This document shows positions 36,376 to 52,600 of a DNA stretch of 64,000 nt, piece after piece. The stretch comes from Camelus ferus (taxonomy: Eukaryota). Positions within the stretch are counted from its first letter, which is position 1. Every line of letters starts with the position of its first letter. Location of the stretch: assembly GCF_009834535.1 (NCBI RefSeq), contig NC_045697.1:17300001-17364000 (forward strand), read 5' to 3'. The notes under the pieces were generated by a model. The model saw only the letters and a program-made list of their open reading frames with translations. It did no database searches and was not told where the DNA came from. The position numbers were made by a program, and so were the translations under genes.

Positions 36376-38014
36376 TCACAACAAAAAACAGTTCTATTTT
36401 AAACTGAGAGATAAGGAGATCTCTTCAGCAAATCTTCAGAAAAGATTACTGAGGAAGTTTTAACATTTACTTTCTTGCTCTAGATCACTGGCGACCATTT
36501 GACAGTAGTAATCACCTATGTGACCAAAGGAAACTGTAAGCAACTTCCAAATCTGTAAAATAATGGGGTTGGAGAACACAAGTTTAAAAATCCACATCTT
36601 TGCCAGTAACACCCCAGCTTTAGTCAGTTGTGGCCAACCTCAAAAAACTGGAGAAGTGGGGTACTCATGAGAATAGGGAATAAAGACTCAGTTTGCTTCG
36701 TGTTTCCATGCAGCCATGCCCAATGGAGACTCATCACTTGTAAGTTGTAAAGAACACTAGCCCTTCCTTGAAACTGCTAAATAAATACCCAATTTCGTTA
36801 TACATACCATTCTGTAACTTGTTTCTCTATAAGAAAACCTAATGTTCTAACTCCAGATTTTAAAAAGCACAAGATTGAACAATATATACACTACGATGAG
36901 ATCTATTTAAAATTGGATAGATGGTCAGATTATAAAGACATGCCACTGGTTTACCAACTGTATACAGTGGTATAATTTTAACAGGCAATTTATTACTAAT
37001 TGAAAAGTCAGACCAAGTGCCTAGACTTAACCTTAAAAAATGTTAGCGTATAATGTTGCCAATACTTAACAAAGGGTGAAATTATAACTAATTTATAAAT
37101 ATGAAACCTAAAATACTATTTCAGCATGTAACTTATTCCATGGGAACAAAATCAGGCACTTAATAGAAGCATATTAAACTCTTTCAAACCACTAGGTATC
37201 ATTTAATAAGTTACCTACACTACAAAGTATCCCAGTAGCCTGAAAATCTTTTAAATTGTCCAATTAAATCACAAACTAGATATTTGCCTCAAAGTATATT
37301 TAAATTACAACTACGTACACCTATAAAATTTAAATATTTTTAAACATAGGGAAGGGTTGAAGAGGGGAGTCCAGACATTAATGGGTACAGTATTTACTCT
37401 TCAAGTGAAAGGAAGACCCTTTGATGGATCACACCAAACACCTCATTTGTGATTAAAAATGGGTTTTAACTTGTCCACGGCCTATCACAGGAAGTGGAAA
37501 GTCAAATTCACATTTTAACACACTCTACTTATTACTTTGTACATTGCACAATACATCCAACACCAAGAATTTAGTAAAATCGACCCCCAGATCTACAATA
37601 TAGTATCACTTTCTACTGTCTATTTAATACAAACAAGCATCTGTTTCAGTGTCTAAAGTGCTTAGAACATCTAGGTAAAGCAAAAAGATCTGCCAAAAAC
37701 GTGGTAACAAAATAAATTATCAGTCTTCTGAAATGAACTTGAAGAGAAAACCATCCTTCCATTATCTTTGGGGATCCAATTCTGAGTAAAAACAACATAC
37801 TTTATCCCATTACATCACATCCTGATTAACCCATCGAAGTGCTATGTTCTTAAAAACACTGCTTTAATGACTACTTTGAAGAGTAGCCCTTGTGGGAAGA
37901 TGGTGAATATGTAATCACAGTATATTTACAGTTTAAGGGAAAAAATAAAAGCCCCGCACTTGGGAAAAGAAGCCATACTTAAAGAGACTAGAACAAAAAT
38001 ATCAGAGTGATGTG

Positions 38015-38469
38015 GCTGAAATTAGTATAAATAGACTTTATTGAAGTCAGTGCCTCTGTACTGAGACAGAAGATTGTGTCTACATAAGCACAAGTTGTAA
38101 CATTTCACAACTTCTAAAAGGAATGTCAACAATTACAACGATCATGCATACCATGGTCGATAATCACATTTTAGAAGCATTTTCAACCATTTCTAAAGAA
38201 ATGCTTATAACATTGTTATATATAGAACTACTTTCAATAAACTGCAAAACATTGATCGACTTTTCCAGTATGAGCTACAGTGTCAACACAAAAGGGAGGC
38301 ATAAATGTTTAATTTATGAAATCAGAATGGAATATTTACTGTAAAGAAAAATTAAAAAGCTTTCAAATAAAGGCCATTATTGAACCAATGTGAAGAGCAC
38401 AACTTGAACTTTTGAGTTCATTCATCTTTAAAGCTGTCCTCTGAATAACTTCAGTTCTAAGCATTGAAT
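38015..38469 (-). other. DHX15: DHX15 3'UTR (cleavage site approximate)
   Basis: Follows the TGA stop at 38472-38470 and ends ~20 nt past AATAAA. Confidence 0.85.
38037..38042 (-). terminator. Polyadenylation signal AATAAA of DHX15
   Basis: tttatt on the + strand, with a U-rich downstream element (ATTTTTGTT on minus, ~38000-37992). Confidence 0.85.
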
Positions 38470-38628
<159 letters not shown>

Positions 38629-39764
38629 TTAAAGTACTGGAGTTGCTAATAGGATACGTACTACCCATTAATATACTGAGAGACAAAGGCAAACCTACAA
38701 ATCCCAAATCAATGTGAAAATTACAAATGCTTAATCCTTATAAATATACCACTTTTAGAAATGTGTGCTTCTAGTAAGCTATAAATTTTCTGATAGTGGA
38801 CTTTCCATAAACTTAGAAAAAAAAAAAACTCAAGAAAAATTCTTAAAAAAAAACCTTTTCTTTACATTTAATATAAAGATATTAACATAAGATCAACAAT
38901 TTCTTCACTCTAGAAAACTATTTTGACCAACCTCTCCAAGGCTATATAGCACTACAGGTTATGTGTAAGAAACACCGAGTATTCAAATGACTGGATCATC
39001 TCATTTTCAAAGTTTTGATAACCATATACTCTACTCCACAGAATACAACTGACTGAATCTGTTTTAACATTCAGCCATACAACTTATTCTCAACAAATCA
39101 TTTCAGGTTAAATGGTAATGTCCTACACAACTGATGTGTCAAAAGTCATAAATCAGTATAACAAAGAAGCCTCAAAATATATAGCAAGTGACAGCAACTA
39201 AAAGTAAGTGCTTTCAGTCCCACCATTCTTGGCTGATGTTTCCTGTATTAAGTTATAGAATAGATTCTGGCACACACACACACAAAAGACAAAGGGGGAG
39301 TAGGTGGGGTGGGTGGGTACCTTATGAATCTAATATGCTATGATACAAAAAAGAGGTGTGATTTTTACGCTTCCTTAGCTTCTAAAGCACCAACATATAA
39401 ACAGTTCAGAGCTAATTATAATGGGACAGATAAAATTATAAAGACTGACTGACTTCTGGAACCAGGAGACTTGATCACAACAGCAAGAGACTGGCTCCAA
39501 AGATACTCCTGATGTTAGTCAACTCTAAATTCGTATCTGGCTCCAAATCCCGCCCACGATCATACCAACAATCCCACCATCCTCTTAGCAAAGCAGAGAT
39601 TTTAAGAGATAACCACACCGTCAGGTCAACGCCCACACCTATACACTGGAGTATACTCCCTAGCCAATGAGAACACCAAGTTCCCCTGAGTGAAAGGAAG
39701 AACGAGACTCCTTTCAGATGCCATTCTAAGCAAAATGCTAACAAAATGAAAGATACTGAGCTTA

Positions 39765-39956
<192 letters not shown>

Positions 39957-40079
39957 TTAACACCATGCTTCTGACATGCTAGTTACAAAAGTAGCGTAAA
40001 GCTACCTATATAATTAGAAGCAAGCAAGCCTCACCTTTTGCTTTTTATTTGATGGCTTATTTATCACTGCCTGATAAAA

Positions 40080-40345
40080 GCAAGAATCTGCAAACTACAG
40101 CAGGCCAAATCCAACTCACTGCCTATATTTGTAAGGCCTATCAGCTAAAAATAGTTTATACATCTTTAAATGAATGGGAGAAAAAGAAAATCAAAACAGA
40201 AACATTTGGTGACACTGGAGTGGAAATAACACGAAATTAAAATTTCAGTGTTGCTACTTTTGCGTTACAATGGCAGGCAGCATTCAACAGTTTCAACAGG
40301 GAAATAATGGGCCCACAGAGCCCAATATATACAATCTGGTCCTTC
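40080..40345. mobile_element. MER58-like hAT-Charlie element
   Basis: gcaaactacagcaggccaaatccaactcactgcctatatttgtaa...cccaatatatacaatctggtcctt. Confidence 0.65.
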
Positions 40346-41941
40346 CTGCCTTCGACTATCTATAGAGTAGGTTCTTTAATACCAGGTGACAGCTATGTAG
40401 TTGATGAACAATTACTACAAGATTCATGTATAAGATAGAAAAATAAAGAGCAAAAAGCAGTGAAAAGCAAAAAGTAACCTAACAAAAAAAAGAAAAATCC
40501 TTAAGAACTGGGGGGGAGGACGAGTGTGTGAGTTCCTTGCCTGCATTTCTTCTATTTATAATCAAACATATCAATTGGTGGGATTCATCTAATATTTAAC
40601 TAACAAATACCAAAGCACATGACAATATGCCCTTTCTAATTCTAGAACTTTAGTAACATAAAGAATATGTGTGAATAATAGCAATAATCAATAATCATTA
40701 AAACATAATAGAAAATAAACTCAATTTCATTCAATAAATATTTACTTAGTATTTACTAGGTGCCAGGTACTATATATACTGCATGCCCTATTTCTAATAC
40801 ATTTTAATCTTGAGAGAAATAAAAATCCATGCCTGAATATAGCTTTGTCAATCTTTTTTGAATTACTACAAGCAAATTCAAGAATATGTCCAAAAAAAAG
40901 CTAGTCTACACTAGTACTTATTAATAAATACAGTTAAGCGTCTGAAGAAAGGTGAGTAAAGTATGAAAACCCTAACTCTAATAAGCACAAGATCTTATAA
41001 TAAGATAACACAATAATCATTCTGACCATTATTTTGACTTCAAATACAGACAATGTACCAATCTACTTTCATTTTGACTCAGTGCATTTAGGTCCATTCT
41101 ATTTACTGAGCTCATCTGGTCTGAAGGCAGGCCATATCTTACTTAGCAGACATAACCAAAGGAGAGAAAAAACAAGTGGGAGATATGAGATAATGAAATT
41201 CAATCCCATCCCAGGTAATGGACTAATTTGTTTCCATTTCATCACCAGAAAATTTTTGCATTTTTAAGATAAATATTTACTAGATTTACCTGAAAACTTT
41301 TACTTTAGCCTCCAATATAAAACACTTAAAACTAAATGAAACACTTCAAATTATTTTTCATCTTTATTACTTAAAAGACATGCTTGGCTTTCCTAGCACC
41401 CAAGTGTCTTAGTTACAAATACCAATGATGACGCTATTAGACTGTGCACAAAACAGCTGTTCACTAGAATTCTGGAGTGACTAATTTCTACACAAAGAGG
41501 AAAGTAAACTACTTCTGGATCCACCCAGACAACTGCTTCTTTCAGTACTCTGGTGAATCCAATTAAGATCTAGATTCAAAGAAACTTTCTACTACATTTA
41601 TAAAAATTAAGAGTTAAAATTAACATTGAAGAAATAGGTGGTAAAATCTACCTGAAAGTGGCCAATATATCCATTTAGTATAAAAAAAGACCCCCATTAA
41701 TCAAAAAAGCAGTTCTAAAATTGATTTCTATGTAACTGGATCACTAACTATACCATTTAGTAAATTAATTTAGAAACATAAAACTTCTTAGTGTATTAGT
41801 TCATTCAAGAATCTGACATAAAATTTAAGATCAATATTTATAGGCATTCTTTAACTGAATTTTGTGTTTAAGTGGATTCCAAAACGTGCTATAGAAACCA
41901 AACATTATTATGGAAACATTTAATTATGTATTTCTGTATTA

Positions 41942-42181
<240 letters not shown>

Positions 42182-43579
42182 TCATCCAAATAAGTATATT
42201 ATGTAATTACAAAGGAAAATCAGTATAAAGAATAAGCTAAATAATCCAAAAAGGGGATCAGCCCGTATCATTTTATAAATTAATCGCAATGTTACAGACT
42301 TCCCTAAAAATCTATAGTAAAGTTCAAAGTTAGAAACAGTACTAAGGTTTTTGGCTATTGGATGACAAAACAATGACTGGATAAACTATTTTAATTGTAC
42401 TGAGTTATTTTACCCACGAACCTGGTTGTTTTCAATAGATATCTAAAAGGTGGGATGAAAAATTTGGTAAAATGCCATGTCTTTCTCATTAAAAAAAAAA
42501 GCTTAGATTAATATTATCAAATACCTTGCTCACTTTAGTAGCACACATACTAAGAATATCAAATTCAATTTAAAAGTTATAAAAGTGAACTTCAAGTAAG
42601 TACTGTGTACTTAAATTATTTCTGAGCTAGACCATCTGAAACTTAGTGTTTAAAAGTTTTATTGTGAACCATGTGCCTCTTAGTGGTTTAAACTAGTGAT
42701 ATAATTTACAAGGATGTCTGGAACACTCATTCTTACATTTCATAAACAAGTCTTTATCTGTGTTTCCACTTAAAACGATGTCTTAATAACATCAAAGGAT
42801 TCCGAGAACCAAGATGGATGTGAATCTATTCCTTCTCAAGGCAGTTATCACAATCTGTAATAGGGGATGTCTCTGGTGGTCACATAGTATCAGCTAGTAC
42901 ATGATACAGTCTGCAGCACAACAGGAATATAGCGCATTTCTCCAACTGTCCTATCCCATCAGGAATAAAGTCTTTAATGCTATGCATTACCAATACTTGG
43001 GACATAAGAAGGATAAATGTTCTGAAGTAAACTATATACTAGCCTTCATCTCCTGGTTTCTCCATCTTTTTCATTTACCTCCCTTATCTGCCCCAAATTT
43101 GCGAGACTTAGGGAGAGGAGGACTGTACCTTTTCCTTATCTGATATTCATCAACTGATGAACTCACACCAGGGTTCGTGTGTAAGACACAGATTTGTGCA
43201 GTTTGGCTGTTAAGGTCTTTGTTCCTCATACTGGTCCTCTAGCACTTTGGGCCCTGAGTTGAATAAATTCCCGACAGAACTGTGCCAAAGTCAACAGACT
43301 ATTTTAAGAGTGTAAATAGGATTTTTATGATAATAAAAATGAGATACAAATGAAAACAGGTGAAAAATTTGAATGTCAACATTATAAATTAGTAAACTAA
43401 ATTCTCATTAGAAACCACAAATTTAAAAGAATGACTGAGAACACCACATTCCTAGTAAAGGGTGATGCAGGGCTATCAGTCTTTGATTATATATCACCCA
43501 ACAGGTTAACCTACTGATATGCAGAAATCACTATTTTCAGAACCTATTGTGATTATTTCCACATTTCTCTCCTTCACAT

Positions 43580-44110
43580 TTTCCAAGTAACTGGAAAATG
43601 TTTCTTCATGTCACTAAATAGTCTCTGAAAATATGATTTAAAGCTAGAACAATATTTCATCATGTGGCTATAGCATAAATCATTAAACCATCTTTCTACT
43701 GGTGGACATTTAGGTAGTTTCCATTTTTCTTTACTATCACAAATAATTGTGGTATAAAAATCTTGATTCATATCTCTGTCTACAGAACACTAGAAGAAAA
43801 TTTCACAGATTATCCCTGGATCCAAGGGTATGGATTTGTTAATGTTCTTGGTAACAAAATCTACTGCTTTTCATAATTATATATTCCACCTTTGGTCTAC
43901 GATTATTTCACTAAACCCTCTCCTATACAACCAAACACTATTTTTCTTTAACCTCTGCCAATTTTATAGGTAAGAAAATGGTACCTCCCTCAATAATAAT
44001 GCATTTCTTGAACTACAAGCAGAGTTAATTTCCCACCTCATGTTTATGGACCACTTACAGCCTGAGAATCATCATTCACATTTGTAGCTTATTTGTCTAT
44101 TTTGTTAGTT
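43580..44110 (-). mobile_element. Old L1 fragment
   Basis: ggtggacatttaggtagtttcca; ORF 43574 (KWKLPKCP..RW) resembles the L1 ORF2 C-terminus. Confidence 0.65.
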
Positions 44111-44496
44111 AATTTTTATGTAAGAGCTATTTATTAGTAAAAATATTAGATAGTAATAATTCTGTAAGTGATATAAAACTATTCATACAAAATGCAAAAT
44201 ATATAAAAATAAACAGTAAAAAAGTATCAAAATCTCTATAATATTCATGGTAAATTTCATACAAGTATTTCATTTTTATGACTCTGTATTTCCCAGCTTT
44301 CCAGTGCTTTCCCCTTGATTATAAAAGTAAACAACTCTGGAAAAGATGTGCAACTTCTGTTTTAAATGCTAGTCAGGAGTTTTTTCTAAAGCACCTCTGG
44401 GTTTCTAATGTACAGTTGTCATGGATAGTAAATGAAAGTGAGATGAAGAAACATCTTATATGCTGCAAGTGACATTTAGACAAAAGAGTGCTTTCA

Positions 44497-44691
<195 letters not shown>

Positions 44692-47337
44692 TCACAGATA
44701 GAGGAACAAGGCCTAGCTAGGTCAGTTCACAGAGCATAGGGCAGGGCAGGATGGCCTCCAACTGCATCTTGGACTGTTTACTACCTTGATTTGGTACATC
44801 AACACCTAACCACATCTGTAAGACAAGAGGGTTTCAAAGCTACAGAGTACCTGATTATTTTAACTAGATCTAAAAGTAGGCATCAAAACAGCTATTCTGA
44901 AGGCCATCAAGATACTAGAAAGCTCAACTTATTTAAAAAACCAGTGCCAATAGCTCTACCAATAACTAGAATTATGCTGTCAATAACCTTTTAGCTAAAT
45001 ACAATTTTTCAAAAGGCCATCCATTGAATCCACTGAATGGCTATGAAAGTTATGAAGCTATACTTGCCCACTGTAGGCCTAAAAACAACTTTCTAACCAG
45101 TCTATTGCCACATTTCTATTGTAACTTTCCCCTAGTGCTGTGGCGATTACCAACTGGTGGGTATCACTATTAGCACTGGTGAGCAGAAGCACATGTAAAC
45201 ATAAAAAATATGAAATCTTGGGTTTTGATGATAGCAGTAGTGGTGGAAGGTTAAACCGCCTTTGAATTAAGAAAATTCAAAAAGGCTGGGAATATTCAGC
45301 CTAGTTTTCCAGCATAAGATTAGCAAATAAAGTCCCAAGTTTTTTTTAAAACTGTTATTTGAATCAAGACCTCTATATAAAAGCAGAATCCAATATTTTA
45401 AAAATAGGCAATTAATCTGAAACAGTCATTATTTCAAGGGTCATCAAAATATGTAACTACAGTATTTGTTTAGAGCCTCAATAGTAATTCACATAAAACT
45501 TTTAAGTTGTTACAAAGCGTGCACTACATTTTTTTTGAAATACAACTTTCCTTAATTCACTTTAGCAATTCCATAGTCATAAGAGCAGTATGAAAAGAAA
45601 AATACTTAACAGCTTGGGACTTTGTCAACACATTTTTTAAGCTCTTAGTACCTTATCAATAAAAAATGTATAAATTATCAGTTCAAATAGAGAATGTGGG
45701 AATAATTGACAACGAGATCAAATACAGTATCAAATCACTCTTTGCCATACAATTTCCCTTTAAAATGATTCCAAAGAAGCCAAATAATAACACATGATCA
45801 CAGTAAAAGTCTTCCTTAATGTAACTGAAGCAAGGTAATTCATGAAAGTACATAAACCTCTCGTAACTGTGAAAGTTAGTATGAACTAGCTACCAGAGTT
45901 AAATACTGGGAAAAAGCAGCACTCCGTAAGGCCCCTGATTTGTACTATTTATATCAGGACCCGAAAACTTCAGAAACTCTTTAAATGGAAAACAAAGCAT
46001 TAAACGCTCAGCAAACTGTTTTAGTTCCAAGACTTCTTCCTCACTCTTTAACATTTTCCCCCAAATACCATGCTTAATAACTACTGCACATACATGCTCA
46101 TTCTCTCGATGTGCTAATAATAAGGAAGACGACCAGTAAATCCTACGTGCTGCAGAACTATTGCAAATAAGATATGTAGTTGGAAGATCTCAACTGCATC
46201 ATAATGACCAATTTTCTAAAGGGCTAGTATTCTAAACCCAAACAATGGTAATTATATAGTAACCCTAGTAAGAGAAACTAGAAAAATAAACACTGGGTAG
46301 ATAACAAATACACAATCTGTTAACTCTTGTCCCACACTTTCTCTAAAAACTGAAGTGTTGAGTTAACTACAACTGGGAGAATCTAACAAAAACAACATAT
46401 AAGAAAAGGCAGACAACAACCTACCACCACCTCCGCAAGAAACTACAATTTCATTAAAATGATTCAATACTGCCCTGCCCATCTGCTCTGAGTCTGATCA
46501 ATCATAACTCTGCAAAAACACATTTTAGCTAGTTCTTAAATTAAAAATTCACACCATTAAAATAGATCTAAACTAAGCCAAAATTTTTATATTTAGAAAT
46601 TCAAAAAATTTCAATTCCATGTAAAATTTTTGAATTATCTGAGGCATTTAATTATAAATAAGACTAATAAACCACTCATGACTGGAAGTCAGTTTTCTCC
46701 AGTATTGAAACTAGTATTGTAGAATACTTTGATAGTAAAAACTTACTCTGCCTTCTAGTTTTAGCTGTAAGAATCAGTGTACATTTATGTTAACAACTTC
46801 TTTTTTTGAAAATCTAGGTCCCAAGTTACTATTCATTTGTGAATTAAGTTTTATCGCTACTGAAACCAGTACTATTTGCTCAGCATAATGTTCCAATTTC
46901 CAAAATAAGCAATTTTTGTCTGTTAGGTATATTTCTTTTATCAAGTGTTTTCCTGCCACTGTAAAAGAATTAGCATCAAATTAGATTTTAAGCCTAAAAT
47001 TATACATTACTACTTCTATTTATTTGATACTAAGTTTGAAATTCATGTTTGTTTGCCACTGGAATACATATTTATACATGTAGGAAAAGCTCACTCTTTA
47101 AATCATGTTTGGTTTTCTTCAGGCTCATTTACATTGCCAGGTACTAGAACAAAGCTCTTGTACTTTCAGCAACAAACTGCAAAACTGATGGACCTACCAA
47201 AGAATTCAGTTCTAACTGTCTTCAGATTTATTCTTTTCTTATTGAAAATTTTACTTGTACTCAAGAGAGCCAATGTTTTTACTATATTTTGTGCACAATG
47301 ACTTACGTTGTTGTAATACTATGTCATTATGGAATTA

Positions 47338-47742
<405 letters not shown>

Positions 47743-48158
47743 CTATTATAAGCAATCTCATTTTTCATTCTACAGGGGACCAAATTTGAAACTCAAACCG
47801 TCATCAATTCAATTACTGAGATCTAGCAAACTATGAATCACATAAAATTGCAAAACTTTCCTGTATGGTAGTTAAAACTGTCATCTTCCTAAGTGCATTA
47901 AATAACTGTTAACTCAACAAAGTGTTTATGGACAATTTTTCCTTTAAAAAAAAAAAATGAAAATTTTCACACTCCCATGCCCAGTTGGTAACTCCCAGAA
48001 TAATTTAGTTCTTCTGAAGAAAAAAAATTTCTTTTAATTGTCACTTTTAGTTTTAATGCTAATACCCAAAACTTATCTTGATGCACTGTAAGAAAAAAGT
48101 AAAATGTATTTAATATATATACTGGATAGGATGCAGGAAAAAGAGTCAATTTTGGTTA

Positions 48159-48302
<144 letters not shown>

Positions 48303-48584
48303 CTAGAAAAATAGAAAAATGTTTAATCTGTTAAACATTCTGTAAACTTCTTGCTCCAGAGAAGAAAACATAGCTGTTCTCTGCCTCTGAGCTATTTACT
48401 TTAGCATTTCTTCTAAACCACTGAATCAGAGAGGAGAAAAATATTTGTGAACTAAAAAGACTAAGAAGAAATCAGACACTTTCTGTGAACAATCTTTATA
48501 GAGTCTGAAGTGTTACTGCTGGTGCCCACCTAGACTTTGAACTGTAACAAAGAGCTGTACTGGTAGACTGCACCATAAATCTCA

Positions 48585-48857
<273 letters not shown>

Positions 48858-49578
48858 CTATTAGAATGGAAATAACATTAAGTATAATTCTTCCTTCAAT
48901 TAAACACAAAACTGTGAAAGAAGTATTCAAAGCTCATAGCTAATTCCAAAATAAACAAAGTTAGTGTTGAAAACCTCCATAAATCATGCTGGGACAGAAA
49001 CAGAATTCATCATCCTTACTCCTTAACTTTCTTTCAGGTATTCTGAGTCCATCATTCTAAGAGACTCAAGCTAACGTGAAGTGTCTCTCATCTAACAACA
49101 AATGGCTTACATAATCTTCACTCCTCCTAATTTAAAATAAGTTCAGTTTTACCTTGCTTTTATATAGTGGATAGTGCTGAAGGCTTTCCCTGAAAAGAAC
49201 CTGTCAATTTCAATACCTAACGTTCAGTGCAGACATCAAGAAAAATATTCTGAACTTTAGTACAGAAGTCAGTTATATGCTGCCAGTTTAAAGGATGGTT
49301 TTATTACCAAAAACATAAAAACTGTGTACAGCAAATTCTCCCAATTATACCTACAAAATGCAATCAAATGCAAAGATCTTTAAATAATAAAACATAGTTT
49401 TATTTATTTACTCAGTGGTCACTTCATTTGGTAACAGTGCTTGGTATTCAGCACTTGTTAAACCAGAGGCTAACATAAAATACAAATCAACTGGGAAAAA
49501 ATTGTAAAAAGTAAATTTTAGCCATTAAATGAGTAATAAATAAATACAGTAAAGCTAACACTAATTTATAAAGTACTA

Positions 49579-49683
<105 letters not shown>

Positions 49684-52600
49684 CTATTAAATAAAAAGTA
49701 TATAAATTATACTACAAGTCAAGTACAATGCAAATGATAGTAAGATTAGCCATTAGCTTCCACTAAACAATCAATTACAATCCAGTAAATAAACTAGAAA
49801 TAAGGTTTGATCTTTAATGCTCAAAGCTATATATATAAAGACAAATTAATATTTAAGAACTCAGTTTCACTTAGCTCATCATAGCACCTTCCTTTTTCAA
49901 CAAAAAATCTTTATATTATTACCCAGTCACATTATGTTTTAAATATATAGATATTTTGGAAAGTGTACAATCTCAAAGCAGGTATAACTGAATACAAAGA
50001 AACTGTTAAGAATCATTTGAATGTTTTATTGACAGGGAATAATGTTTAAATCATTTACATACTGACACAGTAGCTTGTTTTTTTGTATGAATGTTTTGTT
50101 ATATTTGAAGTATGTTTTAGGAAATTAGATAGGGGCTTGAGAATGACATGTTACATGATTTTAAAATAAACCTGAGTTTAATATTCTTCTAGAAAGGCAG
50201 TGTTACAATGGAAAGAGCAATGAATTTAGGGGTAGGTGGCAAAGCCAGGAATCGAACCTGAGTAGCTAAGAGTGGAGAGGTTTTAACAGCCTCATGCTTC
50301 AATTTCCTTTTATATCTCTTGCATATTTGTCTAGATGAGACAGAATTTTAGAAGTAAAATTAGATAATGAATGTGGAAAGCCCTTATAAACTATACAGAA
50401 TCACAAACTACATGTTTGTGATTATAAAAGAGGTCTTGTGGTTTTCTGGAATTCTAGGGTGAAAATCATTGTAGTTCTGGATAGATGTTTAAAACATACT
50501 TTTTTTTCTAAAAAAATTACAAGTATTTCTCCTACAACAGAATACAGTCAATGTAACAAAAAATGCACTGATGTGATCAACTGTTTATTTAAAAACAATT
50601 TTTGTCCAAAAAATAATTTCACTTGGTGTACATGTGTTTTCTCTGGGCGTGTGTGTGACAAATTATACAATGCATGTATGGAGGTGTGAATGTTATTCCA
50701 CAAGTACTGAAGAATCAGGTTAAGTATACCAACTCGGCAAACCCTATGTCGTTACTGATGGTAGAGTACTGACATCCAAAAGTAAAGCTCTAAAGTATGA
50801 GTGTTAAAAAAAGACCTAAAGAAATACGGTTTCTAGGCTTTTTCCAAAAAATGAGTTAATAAGCTTTAAGGTAATAAAAAAAAATATTTTAGTAGGACCT
50901 ACCTACCCCATGAGAGGCAGGTTTTGGAACAAAAAAGTAAAAACTCACATAACAAACAGCACAGCTTTGAGGGAAGTATTCCTACTGACTCTACCACTAG
51001 AGCTGGAGGAATCACACTAAGGCCAATAAAACACACACACACACACATCACAAAAGAACAGGCAAGGGAGATGATAAAAGCTATCTAGCTGCCTTGGAAC
51101 CTCAGCGGTGGGGTGAGGGAAGCCCTAAGTACGTTCTAGATGTGCAAGTGGCACAGGATCTAATTAGGAAGTGGTCACAACACAAAGTGATCGTGAATTT
51201 GTCAAGGAACTTACATATTACTAACAGGAATATGTTATAAGCTTTCTAGACTGTAACTTGGCAAGAAGTATTCAAAGAGCCTTAAAAAGTGTTCAAATCT
51301 GAGTTATTATTTCAGGTAAATAATCCCAAATACAGAAGAAACCCTATGATAAAAAGTTTGACAATCAATTCTTTTTTACTTTAAATGTGTTAAGAATAAA
51401 CTCTCATCTAGATTTACCCTCTTCCCCTTCAATAATCTGCCTTCTAATGGAATCCACATTGATTTATTTCAATAATTCCATTTCAATGTTCTTGAGTTCT
51501 ACTTGGATTCTATTTGGACACAATAATGCATTTAGGTTAAACAAATTTGGATTTTTCGTCCCTAGGGAACTCTGTGGGAGTCTCCAATTCAGTGAGGATA
51601 TTAGCTTGTTTGTTTGTAAATATCCCAGCAGCACCACACTAAGTTATCTTTAGATAGTGGATCGTTAAGCCTCTCTTTAAAACTAAGAAACCATCTCCAC
51701 AAGGGCCATTTCTCTTTTTTATTGAGCAATGTATGCTCTGAGCCATGTTAATTAGTAAACTCTAAGATAAGATACAGAAAAAACAGCTATCTGTATGGAC
51801 AAAATTAATGAAAACTAAGTAAAAATAAGAAGTTGCTGGATTTTAACACCAAATTTATAAAGCAGCAATTATAAGTCTTAGTAAAAAAAAATGCATACAA
51901 GTGATTTATTGATGAGTAAACTTTAACGCATGTATAAAACTACTGTAGCTTTAGCTTAAAGTCAAATATCTGAATAAATATCAAACATGATCAAAACAAG
52001 TATCCACCCTCAAATAAATTTATTCATTGTATTCCCAACCTCTCCTGATCATTAAAAACTTAAAAGTTTACCATCAGTGCTGTTAGAAGACCACATAAAA
52101 AGAACTTAGTAATTATTTGTAAAAGGAATGCTAGTTAAGTCCTCAACGCCCATATAAGTTTACCTTTAATACAGCCTACATTTAAAAACTTTAATTCTAA
52201 AAGGCTGTTTTTTCAGTTTTACTACAATCATATTATGAACTCTATTTTGCATAAATACAATGAGGAGTAAGATAATAAGGTACTATCTTACAAAAGGTGC
52301 CCAAATATAAAGTAATTCAAAATTACAATTTATTTTGGTGAAATTTTAAAAAGAGTATTACTCTTTGTTCCAAACCTTTTAATCCTTATTACATTCTAGT
52401 CTATGCTAGCTATTATCCCTATATTAGAACAAAGTAATTTAACAAAAACAAGAATCAAATTGTATTTTGTTTTACATAATTGGAAGCAGACAGTAAATCT
52501 CTAAATGTTCCTATGTAATTTTAAATTAACTGTGAATATCAATCAGTGACAATACTTTTGAATGAAGTCTCATTCTAGTAACTGGCACAGAAATGTTTAA

